Positions 35,809 to 44,550 are shown, numbered from the stretch's first letter. The stretch is 52,334 nucleotides of DNA from Candidatus Aquidulcis sp. (GCA_009919005.1 RGCW01000003.1:1-52334); one strand, 5' to 3'. The notes: generated by a model not told the origin, from the letters alone. Made by a program: numbers and translations.

Positions 35809-36773
35809 TGAGCGGTGGAATTTGGGAACTACGTCGCGACGAGATCACCGGCTGGTGGTCGGCAACGGTCGTTGACCGTGAATTTCAGCCGCAGCGATTT
35901 CATGAAGAGCGCACGTCGGGAGCCCGCGATGAAGAGTGCGCCAACTGTGCGCAAGCCGATGCGACGACAGTCACGCGACGCGTATTGCGCCAGGGCGCCT
36001 TTCACTCCGTTGGCACGCGCATGGATGCGGCGGCAGGGGAGTCTGGATTTCTCACGTTGAGCGACGTTGATCGTGCCGGTTCTTGGTCGGCACTCGTCGC
36101 ACCAGGTCGCGAACATGGTGAGCTTGACGAGGTACCAGTCGCCGTCGTGACGAACTTCTTGATGGCAATCCGCGATCACTTGCGTACCGCCCGTGACCTC
36201 GGCGCAACCGCCTACATCCAGTTTGTTCGCAACGCCGGCGGGCAGGCTGGCGCAATGACCGATCACCTCTGTTTCGACGCCTACGATCTGCCGCAGGTGC
36301 CGCACCGACTCGCCGAAGAGATTGGTGGCGCAGCGCGTCTATCAATTCGCGCCGGCGGATGTGCGTACTGTCATCTCGTCGCGGACGAGTCGCACGGCGG
36401 ACGTCGCATGCTGCATCGTGATCCCTTCGGCCTGGTGGTTGCGCCATTTGCGAGCCGTTCAGCCTTTGAGACCTGGATCATTCCCAACGGCCATTCTGCC
36501 GATTTCGCCGATACCGACGCGGCAACGATCAACGGATTCGCCAGTACCCTACAGACCGCCGTACGAGCACTTCGGGCGATCGGCATGCCGCCGTACAACC
36601 TCATGCTGCACACCGCACCGTTGCGGGAGCGCGTCGACGGCACCTACCACTGGCACTGGGAGCTCCATCCGCGCCTCCGCCCCATCGGCGGATTGGAACT
36701 GGCCTCCGGCATTCCCGTGGTGCCGATCTCCCCCGAGGAGGCCGTCGTGGAACTGCGCCGCGCCCTCGCCTAG
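35805..36773 (+). CDS. GalT-fold (galactose-1-phosphate uridylyltransferase / HIT branch III) protein with a non-canonical active-site motif
   Basis: ELRRDEITGWW, CANC, REH, GAMTDHLCFDAYDLPQVP (canonical GAS..HPHGQ......P), CAYC and YHWHWELHPRL; ATGATG overlap with lipB. Confidence 0.65.
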   Translation: MMSGGIWELRRDEITGWWSATVVDREFQPQRFHEERTSGARDEECANCAQADATTVTRRVLRQGAFHSVGTRMDAAAGESGFLTLSDVDRAGSWSALVAPGREHGELDEVPVAVVTNFLMAIRDHLRTARDLGATAYIQFVRNAGGQAGAMTDHLCFDAYDLPQVPHRLAEEIGGAARLSIRAGGCAYCHLVADESHGGRRMLHRDPFGLVVAPFASRSAFETWIIPNGHSADFADTDAATINGFASTLQTAVRALRAIGMPPYNLMLHTAPLRERVDGTYHWHWELHPRLRPIGGLELASGIPVVPISPEEAVVELRRALA

Positions 36774-36782
36774 CCGCCCTGC

Positions 36783-36788
36783 TATCGT
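36783..36788 (+). promoter_or_regulatory. -10 box TATCGT, candidate pyr operon promoter (leadered, about 50-nt 5' UTR)
   Basis: The only TANNNT in the 73-nt gap; pyrR has SD GAGGAG 6 nt before its ATG. Confidence 0.3.
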
Positions 36789-36846
36789 TCCGCAGCACCC
36801 GCAACGTGGTCGGCAGAGATCGGCCGGCGGGGCAGAGGAGTGAGCC

Positions 36847-37419
36847 ATGGCACGACAGGTGATGAACGCCGAAGAGATTCGCCGGGCACTGACCCGCATC
36901 TCGCACGAAATCATTGAGAAAGAGGGGACGACGGGCCTCGTCGTCGTTGGCATTCAGCGCCGCGGTGTCCCGCTTGCGAAGGTCATCGTTGATGCGATCA
37001 AAGAGCATGAGGGCGTCACCGTTGAATCGGGCACCCTCGATATCAGCTTCTACCGCGACGACTTGACGACGATCTCAGTGGCGCCTGTGCACCGTGGGAC
37101 GTCGATCCCTGGCGACATCACGGGGAAGACCGTGATCCTAGTCGACGATGTCCTGTACACCGGTCGCACCATTCGCGCCGGCCTCGACGCACTGATTGAC
37201 TACGGTCGACCCAAGGCAATTCGCCTCGTGGCGCTGATTGACCGTGGTCACCGAGAACTACCCATCCGAGCTGATCACGTGGGCAAGAACATCCCAACGA
37301 CCAGCGAAGAGGTGGTGCGAGTCTGCGTCAAGGAGATCGACGGCGAAGACCTAGTGAAGGTGGAGTTGCTCGCTGAGCATCTCGCGGCGAACGAGGCGGC
37401 GACGAAGGCCCAGGGCTGA
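36847..37419 (+). CDS. pyrR: bifunctional pyrimidine operon regulator / uracil phosphoribosyltransferase
   Basis: MNAEEIRRALTRISHEIIEK, VVVGIQRRGVPLA and PRPP loop VILVDDVLYTGRT. Confidence 0.92.
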   Translation: MARQVMNAEEIRRALTRISHEIIEKEGTTGLVVVGIQRRGVPLAKVIVDAIKEHEGVTVESGTLDISFYRDDLTTISVAPVHRGTSIPGDITGKTVILVDDVLYTGRTIRAGLDALIDYGRPKAIRLVALIDRGHRELPIRADHVGKNIPTTSEEVVRVCVKEIDGEDLVKVELLAEHLAANEAATKAQG

Positions 37420-37441
37420 ATCGGCGTTCGGAGGGTTGACG

Positions 37442-38434
37442 ATGGTCACCCAGGGTGATTCGTCGCAGGAACATGAACGGAGACATCTCCTCGATGTTGC
37501 CGACCTTGATTGGAGCGCGCTCCGTCAACTCCTGGTAAGCGCTGAATCCATGCAACGGCTGCTCGACTCGACGGCGGGTGGGAGTGATGACCTGCGCGGC
37601 GTCGGAGTGACCACCCTCTTCTACGAGCCATCGACCCGCACGCGAATCTCGTTTGAGACCGCGGCCGCCGCACTCGGGGCACGGGTGAGCACCTTCAATG
37701 TCGCAACATCGTCGGTGGGGAAGGGGGAGTCGCTGCTCGATACGGTGCGCACCCTTGAGGCACTTCGTACCGCAGTCATCGTCTTGCGGCACGAGCGTGC
37801 TGGAGCCCCATGGTTCGCCGCACGCCACTTTGGCGGGAGCATCATTAATGCTGGTGACGGCTGGCACGCACATCCGACCCAGGCGCTGCTTGACCTCTCC
37901 GTGCTCTCGCGACACCTGGGTGATCGCGACGGATCGCTCGTTGGTCGACGCATTGCAATTGTTGGCGACCTGCTCCACAGTCGGGTTGTTCGCTCAAATC
38001 TGCATACTTTGACGACCGCTGGTGCTGACGTGCTCCTCACTGGCCCTGCAAGGTTGATCACGGGGTTTGCCGAGCTCGCTCAATCCATTCGCGGCGCTCG
38101 TGGTGGCGTGCGAGTCGTCACGAGCCTTGATGAGGCACTTGATGATGTGGATGCGGTTATGGCGCTGCGAATCCAACGCGAACGGCTCGCGGCAGGCGAA
38201 CTCGATTCACTGGAGGCATATCGATCCGCGTGGGGCTTGACAGCCGCACGGCTCGCAGCGCTCGCGCCGCGTGCGTTGGTACTGCATCCGGGACCGATGA
38301 ACGAAGGTGTCGAGATCGACCCCGATGTTGCCGACGGACCACGGAGCCTCGTTCTTGAGCAGGTTCGCGCGGGGATTCCGATGCGCATGGCCGTCCTCCA
38401 TCAGGTGGTGCGGGGGGCTCGTGCACATGGCTGA
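37442..38434 (+). CDS. pyrB: aspartate carbamoyltransferase catalytic subunit
   Basis: FYEPSTRTR, HPTQALLD, LHSRVVRS, LRIQRER and LHPGP. ATG 37442 lies 6 nt after GGAGGG; the track ORF starts at TTG 37436. Confidence 0.92.
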   Translation: MVTQGDSSQEHERRHLLDVADLDWSALRQLLVSAESMQRLLDSTAGGSDDLRGVGVTTLFYEPSTRTRISFETAAAALGARVSTFNVATSSVGKGESLLDTVRTLEALRTAVIVLRHERAGAPWFAARHFGGSIINAGDGWHAHPTQALLDLSVLSRHLGDRDGSLVGRRIAIVGDLLHSRVVRSNLHTLTTAGADVLLTGPARLITGFAELAQSIRGARGGVRVVTSLDEALDDVDAVMALRIQRERLAAGELDSLEAYRSAWGLTAARLAALAPRALVLHPGPMNEGVEIDPDVADGPRSLVLEQVRAGIPMRMAVLHQVVRGARAHG

Positions 38435-39809
38435 TGGAGTGACGAGGTCGTTCGCCAACCATTGGGTGGTTGATCCCGTCGCCGAGTTGGCGGGCGTCGC
38501 CGATGTTCATGTCGCGTCAGGGACGATCGCTTCGGTGAGCTGGCGGGATGGCGAGGCAGCGGCACGCGCGCGGTGGGCAGCGGGCGCTGCGCCGGGGGCC
38601 GGTGATCCGACGTTGGCCCTCTTCCCCGCGTTGATCGACATGCATGCGCACTTTCGCCAGCCAGGCGCCAACGGATCGGAAGAGGTTGAGAGCGGTTCGC
38701 GAGCAGCGGTCCACGGAGGGTACGGGACCGTTGCTCTCATGCCCAATACCGAACCTGCCGCCGACACCCCCGCATTGCTGCAGCAGATGACTGATGGCGA
38801 ACGACACGGGCTGCGACTGCTCCCCATCGCCGCCGCTACGATCGGTCGTGCAGGTGCTGCGGTGAGCGATGTCGCCGCACTCGTCGCGGCGGGCGCAGTC
38901 GCCATCTCCGACGATGGCAGCCCGATCGCTAACCGCGAACTCTTTCGCGCGGCGCTCGCCGCCGCGGCTGCATCAGGTATTCCGCTGATCGAGCATTGCG
39001 AAGAGCCAACCCTGACAACTGATGGCGAGGCGGCAGACGGGCTTGTCGCCACCACTCTCGGACTGCGCCCGTGGCCCGCCGCTGGAGAGCTGCGCGCCGT
39101 TGAGAGTGCCATCGTAGAACTGCGGAGTGTCATCAAGGTGTCACCCACGGTGCGGCTGCATCTCACTCACCTCTCGACCGCTGCAGCGCTTGACGCTGTT
39201 CGCGCAGCACAACGGGAAGGGTTGCCACTGACATGTGATGTCACGCCACACCACCTTGCGCTCACCGACCGCTGGATTGCGGGTGAGCGTCGCTGGGCGT
39301 GGGAGGCGACGCCGAACAACGCGCGCGTGGGGCCAACCCACGACGCATTCGATTCAAATCTCCGTGTTTGTCCGCCGTTACGTGGTCGCGATGACGCTGC
39401 CGCATGCCGCACGGCGTTACGTGACGGCACCGCGATGGCGATTGGCACCGATCATGCGCCACATGCGCGGCAGAAGAAAGAGGTCGAGTTTGGCGTCGCT
39501 GCAAATGGGATTGCAGGCATTGAGACGAGCCTGAGCGTTGCCCTTGCTGCGTGCCACGCGGATGAGCTGCCACTTGCGACAGTTCTTGCAGCGCTCACGA
39601 CCGGCCCCGCGAGGCTGTTGGGGATCACACCCCACGGATGCTCGCGTGGCGAGGTCGCGTCGCTGATCCAGGTTGACCTGAGCGCGACGTGGCGCCCAGG
39701 TCGTGAGACGCTGCTGGGGCGCAGCATCAACACGCCGCTCCTGGGGCGAGAGCTTCCGGGCGTGGTGCTCCTGACCATCCTTGCTGGTCGCCCTGTCTAT
39801 CAGGCGTAG
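38427..39809 (+). CDS. pyrC: dihydroorotase
   Basis: DMHAHFRQPG (HxH) and the amidohydrolase layout. Start set at ATG 38427 (MADGVTRSF), an 8-nt overlap with pyrB; the track ORF starts at 38307. Confidence 0.85.
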   Translation: MADGVTRSFANHWVVDPVAELAGVADVHVASGTIASVSWRDGEAAARARWAAGAAPGAGDPTLALFPALIDMHAHFRQPGANGSEEVESGSRAAVHGGYGTVALMPNTEPAADTPALLQQMTDGERHGLRLLPIAAATIGRAGAAVSDVAALVAAGAVAISDDGSPIANRELFRAALAAAAASGIPLIEHCEEPTLTTDGEAADGLVATTLGLRPWPAAGELRAVESAIVELRSVIKVSPTVRLHLTHLSTAAALDAVRAAQREGLPLTCDVTPHHLALTDRWIAGERRWAWEATPNNARVGPTHDAFDSNLRVCPPLRGRDDAAACRTALRDGTAMAIGTDHAPHARQKKEVEFGVAANGIAGIETSLSVALAACHADELPLATVLAALTTGPARLLGITPHGCSRGEVASLIQVDLSATWRPGRETLLGRSINTPLLGRELPGVVLLTILAGRPVYQA

Positions 39810-39829
39810 GTCAGGATCTGCGCCACAAT

Positions 39830-40195
39830 ATGGCGATGAGCACACCACCGTCGCCGAAGGAGATGCCTGAGTACAAGGGTGCCCCCTTGGATGCCGACCG
39901 CGGCCCTGGACTCGGCTGCTTCTGGATTCAGGTCGTCGCCCTCGTGTTGGCGATGATCCTTGCCCCACTCTCGGCGGTGCTCAACTGGCCCGCGCCGATC
40001 GCGATCGGCCTGCTGATCCTGGTGGTTCTCCTACTCCTCCTCGTCGGGCAGACCTCGATCTTCCTTCTGCGCCTCGTGGCCGCCGACCGAAAGGGGCGAC
40101 GTGCGCCGCTACGCAGCGCAACGAAGACCGTCGGACAGATCGAAGATGAGTCGGCAGGCGACAAGGGGAGCGGCGGCGTGGGAGAATCCCGCTGA
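39830..40195 (+). CDS. small 2-TM membrane protein, unknown function
   Basis: 121 aa with two long hydrophobic helices flanked by charged tails; inside the pyr operon. Confidence 0.5.
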   Translation: MAMSTPPSPKEMPEYKGAPLDADRGPGLGCFWIQVVALVLAMILAPLSAVLNWPAPIAIGLLILVVLLLLLVGQTSIFLLRLVAADRKGRRAPLRSATKTVGQIEDESAGDKGSGGVGESR

Positions 40196-40521
40196 TGCCA
40201 GTCCTTGCCACCTACTTCTCGATTCGACGGGGTCGTGACCCCTTCTTCAAGTTCTTCATGCGCACCCTCTTCCCACGTACGGTCAAAGAGTATGAGAAGA
40301 AGTTCGGTATTAAGTTCCTCGGCTGGTATAACGTCGCGCACGGATGGGACTTTGACAACGTGATCATGTTTGACCTTCCCGATTATGGAACCCTTGACAA
40401 GTTAGAGGCAGACGAGTCGTCGCGCGCACTCGGCCACCGCGCCGGCGAATGGATGTTTGAGCGACACCACTCCATGTTCTTGCGTGAGCGACTCTCCTCC
40501 GACCTTGAGTACTCCGGCTGA
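40195..40521 (+). CDS. small soluble protein, possibly GYD-domain-like (alpha+beta barrel), unknown function
   Basis: 108 aa. ..KFLGWYNVAHGWDFDNVIMFDLPDYGTL.. resembles the G-[YW]-D...PD core of GYD proteins (from memory). TGATG overlap. About 52 % GC in a hand count. Confidence 0.45.
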   Translation: MPVLATYFSIRRGRDPFFKFFMRTLFPRTVKEYEKKFGIKFLGWYNVAHGWDFDNVIMFDLPDYGTLDKLEADESSRALGHRAGEWMFERHHSMFLRERLSSDLEYSG

Positions 40522-40979
40522 TGATCTTCGGGCGTAAACCAAAGGTTGAAGCCGCTGCGACCGACGGCGCCGCTGAGATTTCACCTGAAGTTGCGCGACG
40601 ATTTGCCGACGCGGCCGAGGCGGCTGGATCGGAGCGCGTGATCGCCATCGAGCACGCGACTGAGCGCTTGAGTCGGTATCTCCGCGATCACCGAAACGTG
40701 GTGCTCACCGCCGCTCCGCTCATTCTTGCCGGCACGCATGAGGCCCCGGAACTGGTCCTCGAGCAAGATGGGGGCTTCACAATGAGCTCCATCGACGCCG
40801 AGGGCACAGCATCGATGGATCGCGTCAGCGTTGCTGAGGTGGTTGAACTGTGGGGTGCCGCTGACCTCTACGACCGCATCGAAGCCGCGCTGCGTTCGGC
40901 CGCTGGGCTGGCGCCACGACCAACCGGCGCGATCGTCGCTGGCCTCGGCGTGGCTGGGGATGACCGCGCGTCGGTCTGA
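40521..40979 (+). CDS. hypothetical protein (152 aa)
   Basis: 1-nt stop/start overlap with the upstream gene, and the stop lies 3 nt before pyrK. No motif recognised. Confidence 0.45.
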   Translation: MIFGRKPKVEAAATDGAAEISPEVARRFADAAEAAGSERVIAIEHATERLSRYLRDHRNVVLTAAPLILAGTHEAPELVLEQDGGFTMSSIDAEGTASMDRVSVAEVVELWGAADLYDRIEAALRSAAGLAPRPTGAIVAGLGVAGDDRASV

Positions 40980-40982
40980 CGC

Positions 40983-41837
40983 GTGATGGGCAGCACGCCC
41001 GTCGTCGGCGAGCTGCTCTCCGTCGGTGAACTAGCTCCTGGCTGCACCACGCTCGAGTTTCGTGCCCCAACCCTGATCGCAGGGCTACGCCCCGGTCATG
41101 CCCTTCATGTGGTTCGCCCCGAGTCGGGTGGCTTTCGATTACGTCGTGTCGCGCCCATCTCACGCATCGATCTGCTCCGTGGCAGCGTCGAGGTTGCACT
41201 GCAGCCTCGAATCGATGGGGGGCAAGACGCGCTAACGAGTCTTCGCCCTGGGGAGCGGATTGACCTGATCGGACCGATCGGACAGCCGGTCTCCCTCAAT
41301 AAATCGACGATGCGGCTGCTCTTAATTGCCGATGTCGAAGGATTCGCATGGGTGCGCGCCCTCGCGTTCGCCGCTGCCAGCGCTGGCATCAGCGTAACGT
41401 TGGTGCAAGAGGGGGAGACGGCCGCTGATCTTCCACCAGCACGACTCCTCCCCGAAGCCGTCGAGATCCTGGTTGCAACGCGCGACGGGAGCGTGGGCCA
41501 TCACGGTAGCGCCGCGGATCTTCTTGCCGATGTTGTGTTGTGGGCGGATCAGGCCGTCGTTGCGGGCGGGGGTGAGATCAGGACCGCCGCGACCGCCGCT
41601 GCACTTCGACGTCGCTCGCCAAGTCGCAGCACCGTGCGAGGAACTCCTGTAGCAACACGCGCGTCCACAGGAGGCGATCGTGCGCCATGGCTTCAGGTCC
41701 TACTGAGCCATGAGATCGGGTGTGGGATCGGCGCGTGTGGCGGGTGCACTGTGACATCGCGTTCGGGACAGGTTCGTCTCTGTCGCGAGGGGCCCGCGAT
41801 CGATCCAATTGGGTCAACATCAAAGGTTGGTGCCTGA
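40983..41837 (+). CDS. pyrK: dihydroorotate dehydrogenase electron-transfer subunit-like (PyrK-like), divergent
   Basis: RRVAPIS (R-x-x-S FAD motif), GERIDLIGPIG, and the C-terminal 2Fe-2S pattern CGIGACGGC...LCREGP. Confidence 0.7.
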   Translation: MMGSTPVVGELLSVGELAPGCTTLEFRAPTLIAGLRPGHALHVVRPESGGFRLRRVAPISRIDLLRGSVEVALQPRIDGGQDALTSLRPGERIDLIGPIGQPVSLNKSTMRLLLIADVEGFAWVRALAFAAASAGISVTLVQEGETAADLPPARLLPEAVEILVATRDGSVGHHGSAADLLADVVLWADQAVVAGGGEIRTAATAAALRRRSPSRSTVRGTPVATRASTGGDRAPWLQVLLSHEIGCGIGACGGCTVTSRSGQVRLCREGPAIDPIGSTSKVGA

Positions 41838-42863
41838 GTGCCTCCGCGCAAACGTGCCAAAAGCGCACCCCCCGAATCTCGTCGTAACACCGGCACCGTG
41901 ACGCAAGAGCAGGGCCGTATTCTTCCGCACACTGTTGATCTAACGGTGACCCTTGGCGAGGAGCATCCGCTCGAGCTTGAGCGACCGATCGTTGTCGGCA
42001 GCGGGCCGCTCGGTTTTGGCAACGAGGCTGGTGGCACCCTTGACCTCCGAGATGTTGGACTCTTTGTCGTCCGGGGCATCTCGTTGCATTCAAGGGTGGG
42101 CGGACCACTGCCGCGTCTCGTAGAGGTTCCTGGCGGTCTGCTCCATGCGGTCAACCGAGAGAACCCTGGCGCGGATGAGGTGATGGATCGCCACGGCGCA
42201 TCGTGGCGAGCGGCACCTTGCGCCATCGCGCTCTCACTGGTCGCCCCCTCGGTCAAAGAACTGTCGCGCCTGATTGCCCGAGTTGAACGTCGTGCAGATG
42301 AGCTGGGAGTGGCCGCGTTAGAGATTGATCTCACCTCCTCCTGTGATCTTTTGGATGGCCGTCGTTGGGAATCTTCTGTTGATGAGGCCCTGCGCCTGAT
42401 TGACACCGCGCGCGGCGCCACTAATCGACCCCTGATTGCCAAGGTTTCGCCCACTGCACACGAACTTCGACGTCTAGCGAGCGAATCGGTCGACGCTGGG
42501 ATTGATGTCTTGTCCGTCAGCGGATCGCCGACCGGATACCTTCCAAACCGAACTCGACGCGGTCCGTCGTTGGCGGCAGGCGTCGGCGAACTCTCCGGAC
42601 CATTGATTCGTCCCGGATCACTCGCGGCGATCGCAGAGGCGGCAAGCGTGAGCGGCGCCCCGATCATTGGTGGCGGAGGAATTGGATCGCCAGCCGATGC
42701 GCTTGACGCTTTTGCCGCAGGGGCCCGTGCGGTTAGCCTGGCGACCGCACTGTGGGCTGACCCGATGCTTCCAGGTGCCCTCCTACAATCGCTGAGGCGG
42801 GCCGTGGCGGCTCGCGGCGAGAGGAGCGTGCTCGCCCTCTCGGGCAGCGCGCTAGGCTCCTGA
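41838..42863 (+). CDS. pyrD: class 1B dihydroorotate dehydrogenase catalytic subunit-like (PyrD-like), divergent
   Basis: GPLPR, NPG, GELSGPLIRP and GGGGIGSPADALDAFAAGARAV fit the DHOD TIM barrel. GTG start immediately after the pyrK TGA. Confidence 0.65.
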   Translation: MPPRKRAKSAPPESRRNTGTVTQEQGRILPHTVDLTVTLGEEHPLELERPIVVGSGPLGFGNEAGGTLDLRDVGLFVVRGISLHSRVGGPLPRLVEVPGGLLHAVNRENPGADEVMDRHGASWRAAPCAIALSLVAPSVKELSRLIARVERRADELGVAALEIDLTSSCDLLDGRRWESSVDEALRLIDTARGATNRPLIAKVSPTAHELRRLASESVDAGIDVLSVSGSPTGYLPNRTRRGPSLAAGVGELSGPLIRPGSLAAIAEAASVSGAPIIGGGGIGSPADALDAFAAGARAVSLATALWADPMLPGALLQSLRRAVAARGERSVLALSGSALGS

Positions 42864-42864
42864 C

Positions 42865-43575
42865 ATGAGTGAACCGCTTCGTCCACTACGCCTGCCGCTC
42901 TCGCCGCCGGCCGACTTTCCCGTGGATCCGGTAGATCCACTCGATCGAATCGCGGTCAGCCGACGCATCGAGGGCCTTCTCCGTGCGACGGGCGCACTGC
43001 AGCAGGGGCACTTCCTCCTGAAGAGTGGTCGCCACGGGGACCACTACTTAGAGAAGTGGTCGCTCCTACAACATCCGTCGGCCGCAGCAGAGATCGCTCA
43101 TGTCATTGCGGCCCAAAGCCTTGAGGTGGTCCACGGAATGGGGAGTGACATCGATCTCGTCGTGGGGCCAACGACGGGGGGCGTCCTCTTGGCTTATGAG
43201 ATCGGGCGCCTGCTCGGCGTCCGAGGTCTCTTTGCGGAAGAGGTCCGTGGCACCGACGGAACACCTCGTCGCGAATTTCGTCGTGGCTTTCACATTCCAC
43301 CGCGTTCCCGAGTGCTACTAGTTGACGACATTCTGACAACGGGCGGATCGCTTCAAGCGCTCCTTCCGCCGCTCTACGCCGCAGGTGCTCACCCCGTTGC
43401 GGCAGCGGTCGTTGCCAGTCGCACGCCCGGCCTCACCGCCATTGAGGCGGAAGGGCGAGAACCGATTCCACTCGTCGCTGGCATCACACTAGATCTGCCG
43501 ACATTTGATGCAACTGCATGCCCACGGTGCGCGGCTGGCGAGCCAATCGGCGCACCAGGGAGTAGTGGCCGATAA
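42865..43575 (+). CDS. pyrE: orotate phosphoribosyltransferase
   Basis: GHFLLKSGRHGDHY and PRPP loop VLLVDDILTTGGSL. Confidence 0.8.
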   Translation: MSEPLRPLRLPLSPPADFPVDPVDPLDRIAVSRRIEGLLRATGALQQGHFLLKSGRHGDHYLEKWSLLQHPSAAAEIAHVIAAQSLEVVHGMGSDIDLVVGPTTGGVLLAYEIGRLLGVRGLFAEEVRGTDGTPRREFRRGFHIPPRSRVLLVDDILTTGGSLQALLPPLYAAGAHPVAAAVVASRTPGLTAIEAEGREPIPLVAGITLDLPTFDATACPRCAAGEPIGAPGSSGR

Positions 43576-44544
43576 CTAGGGTGTCTCGAGTTCAGCCAGC
43601 GCCACGTCCAGCTCGTCTGGGCTGATGATCCCCTCATACGATCGAACGATTCGACCGTCACGCCCGACCGTGAAGATCCACGGCTCGACCGGCAGCTGCC
43701 AGGCGTCAACAATGCTGTTCGGTTGTAAGCCGCCGCTGGCCGCAAGGACTGGGATCAGTCGAGTGCCGTTCCAGCTCATCTGATACGGCTCCACGTGAAC
43801 GATCACCACGTCAGGGTGGCGATCCGCCGCGTCCTTTAAGAGCTGCAGGGTTGGCCCACACGCTTGGGAGACACAGAATGCAGGCGACGCAAATGCGATG
43901 AGGAACGGGGTTCCCGTCGCGATCAGCTTGGCGGCGGAATGCGTGTAGAAGCTTGCGCGCGGCTCAGCATCAGTTGAGACCCCAGCGACGCCATGAGGGT
44001 CAGTCGCAGCGATTGGCGTCGCGATGTTTGGCGCCTTGTTGCCTGGTCGCGGTGCAATGCCAGCAGGTTGCACCGAGGTCGTCACGCGGACGAGCACCTG
44101 GGCTCCAGCAGCGTCAGTTCCACTGATGGCGATCCCAATCTCACGGGCGCCGACGGGAATCGTTGTGGTGCCGATGAAGAAGCCGCGCACGTTGGTGATC
44201 GCCCATGTAAATGGGAGTGGCGTCGCTGCCGCAAGGGGCGTACAGCCATCGGTCGTGATGTCGAACACCTCACTGGTCAGATTCCAGTCGGGAGATCCGA
44301 GTGGAAAGCTCGCGCTATCGACGAGGCCCACGATCAGTCGGGTCGGGCCAGGGGCGAGATCACTATTCGCCAAGAGCGGGAGGGGTCCAGTCGAAGTTGC
44401 TTGGCCAGCGGCGGGCCACGCATCGGTGCAACCCTGCCGACCGGAGGGATCCGCACTCTGACCTGGGCTCGGCGATGTGCCACCACAGCCAGCGGCCACG
44501 GCCACGAGTGCGGTAAGCGCGGTAACACGCAGCAGATGCTTCAC
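43576..44544 (-). CDS. lipoprotein with a C-terminal thioredoxin-fold-like CxxxxC-GP motif
   Basis: Start set at GTG 44544 (VKHLLRVTALTALVAVAAGC, lipobox AAGC), 6 nt below TACAGT. FASPAFCVSQACGP motif. The track ORF to 44787 overlaps the divergent ctaA-ctaB gene. Confidence 0.6.
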   Translation of the reverse strand: MKHLLRVTALTALVAVAAGCGGTSPSPGQSADPSGRQGCTDAWPAAGQATSTGPLPLLANSDLAPGPTRLIVGLVDSASFPLGSPDWNLTSEVFDITTDGCTPLAAATPLPFTWAITNVRGFFIGTTTIPVGAREIGIAISGTDAAGAQVLVRVTTSVQPAGIAPRPGNKAPNIATPIAATDPHGVAGVSTDAEPRASFYTHSAAKLIATGTPFLIAFASPAFCVSQACGPTLQLLKDAADRHPDVVIVHVEPYQMSWNGTRLIPVLAASGGLQPNSIVDAWQLPVEPWIFTVGRDGRIVRSYEGIISPDELDVALAELETP

Positions 44545-44550
44545 GCGCTC

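Noticed and set aside
36789-36846. A PyrR-binding anti-antiterminator or RBS-sequestering loop in the pyrR 5' UTR (GGTCGGCAGAGATCGGCC and GGCAGAGGAG, against the consensus ARUCCAGAGAGGYU)
   Set aside because: The resemblance is partial, and I could not draw a convincing stem-loop by hand. It needs covariance-model (Rfam PyrR) scanning before being claimed.
38270-38330. PyrB motif LHPGPMNEGVEI, where I expected an Arg (..NRGVEI)
   Set aside because: The substrate-binding residues I am sure of (STRTR, HPTQ, HSRV, R-x-Q in LRIQRER) are all present. My recollection of the role of that Arg is too weak to support a claim.
41693-42940. Long antisense or alternative-frame ORFs. Examples: 41693-42940 (-), 270-1043 (+), 8125-8742 (-), 13273-13812 (-), 18972-19673 (-), 38507-39166 (-), 47648-48364 (+), 20488-21180 (+).
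   Set aside because: They lie opposite or out of frame to genes with clear family motifs. Their products are Arg/Ala/Pro/Ser-rich low-complexity strings, typical of stop-poor non-coding frames in high-GC DNA.
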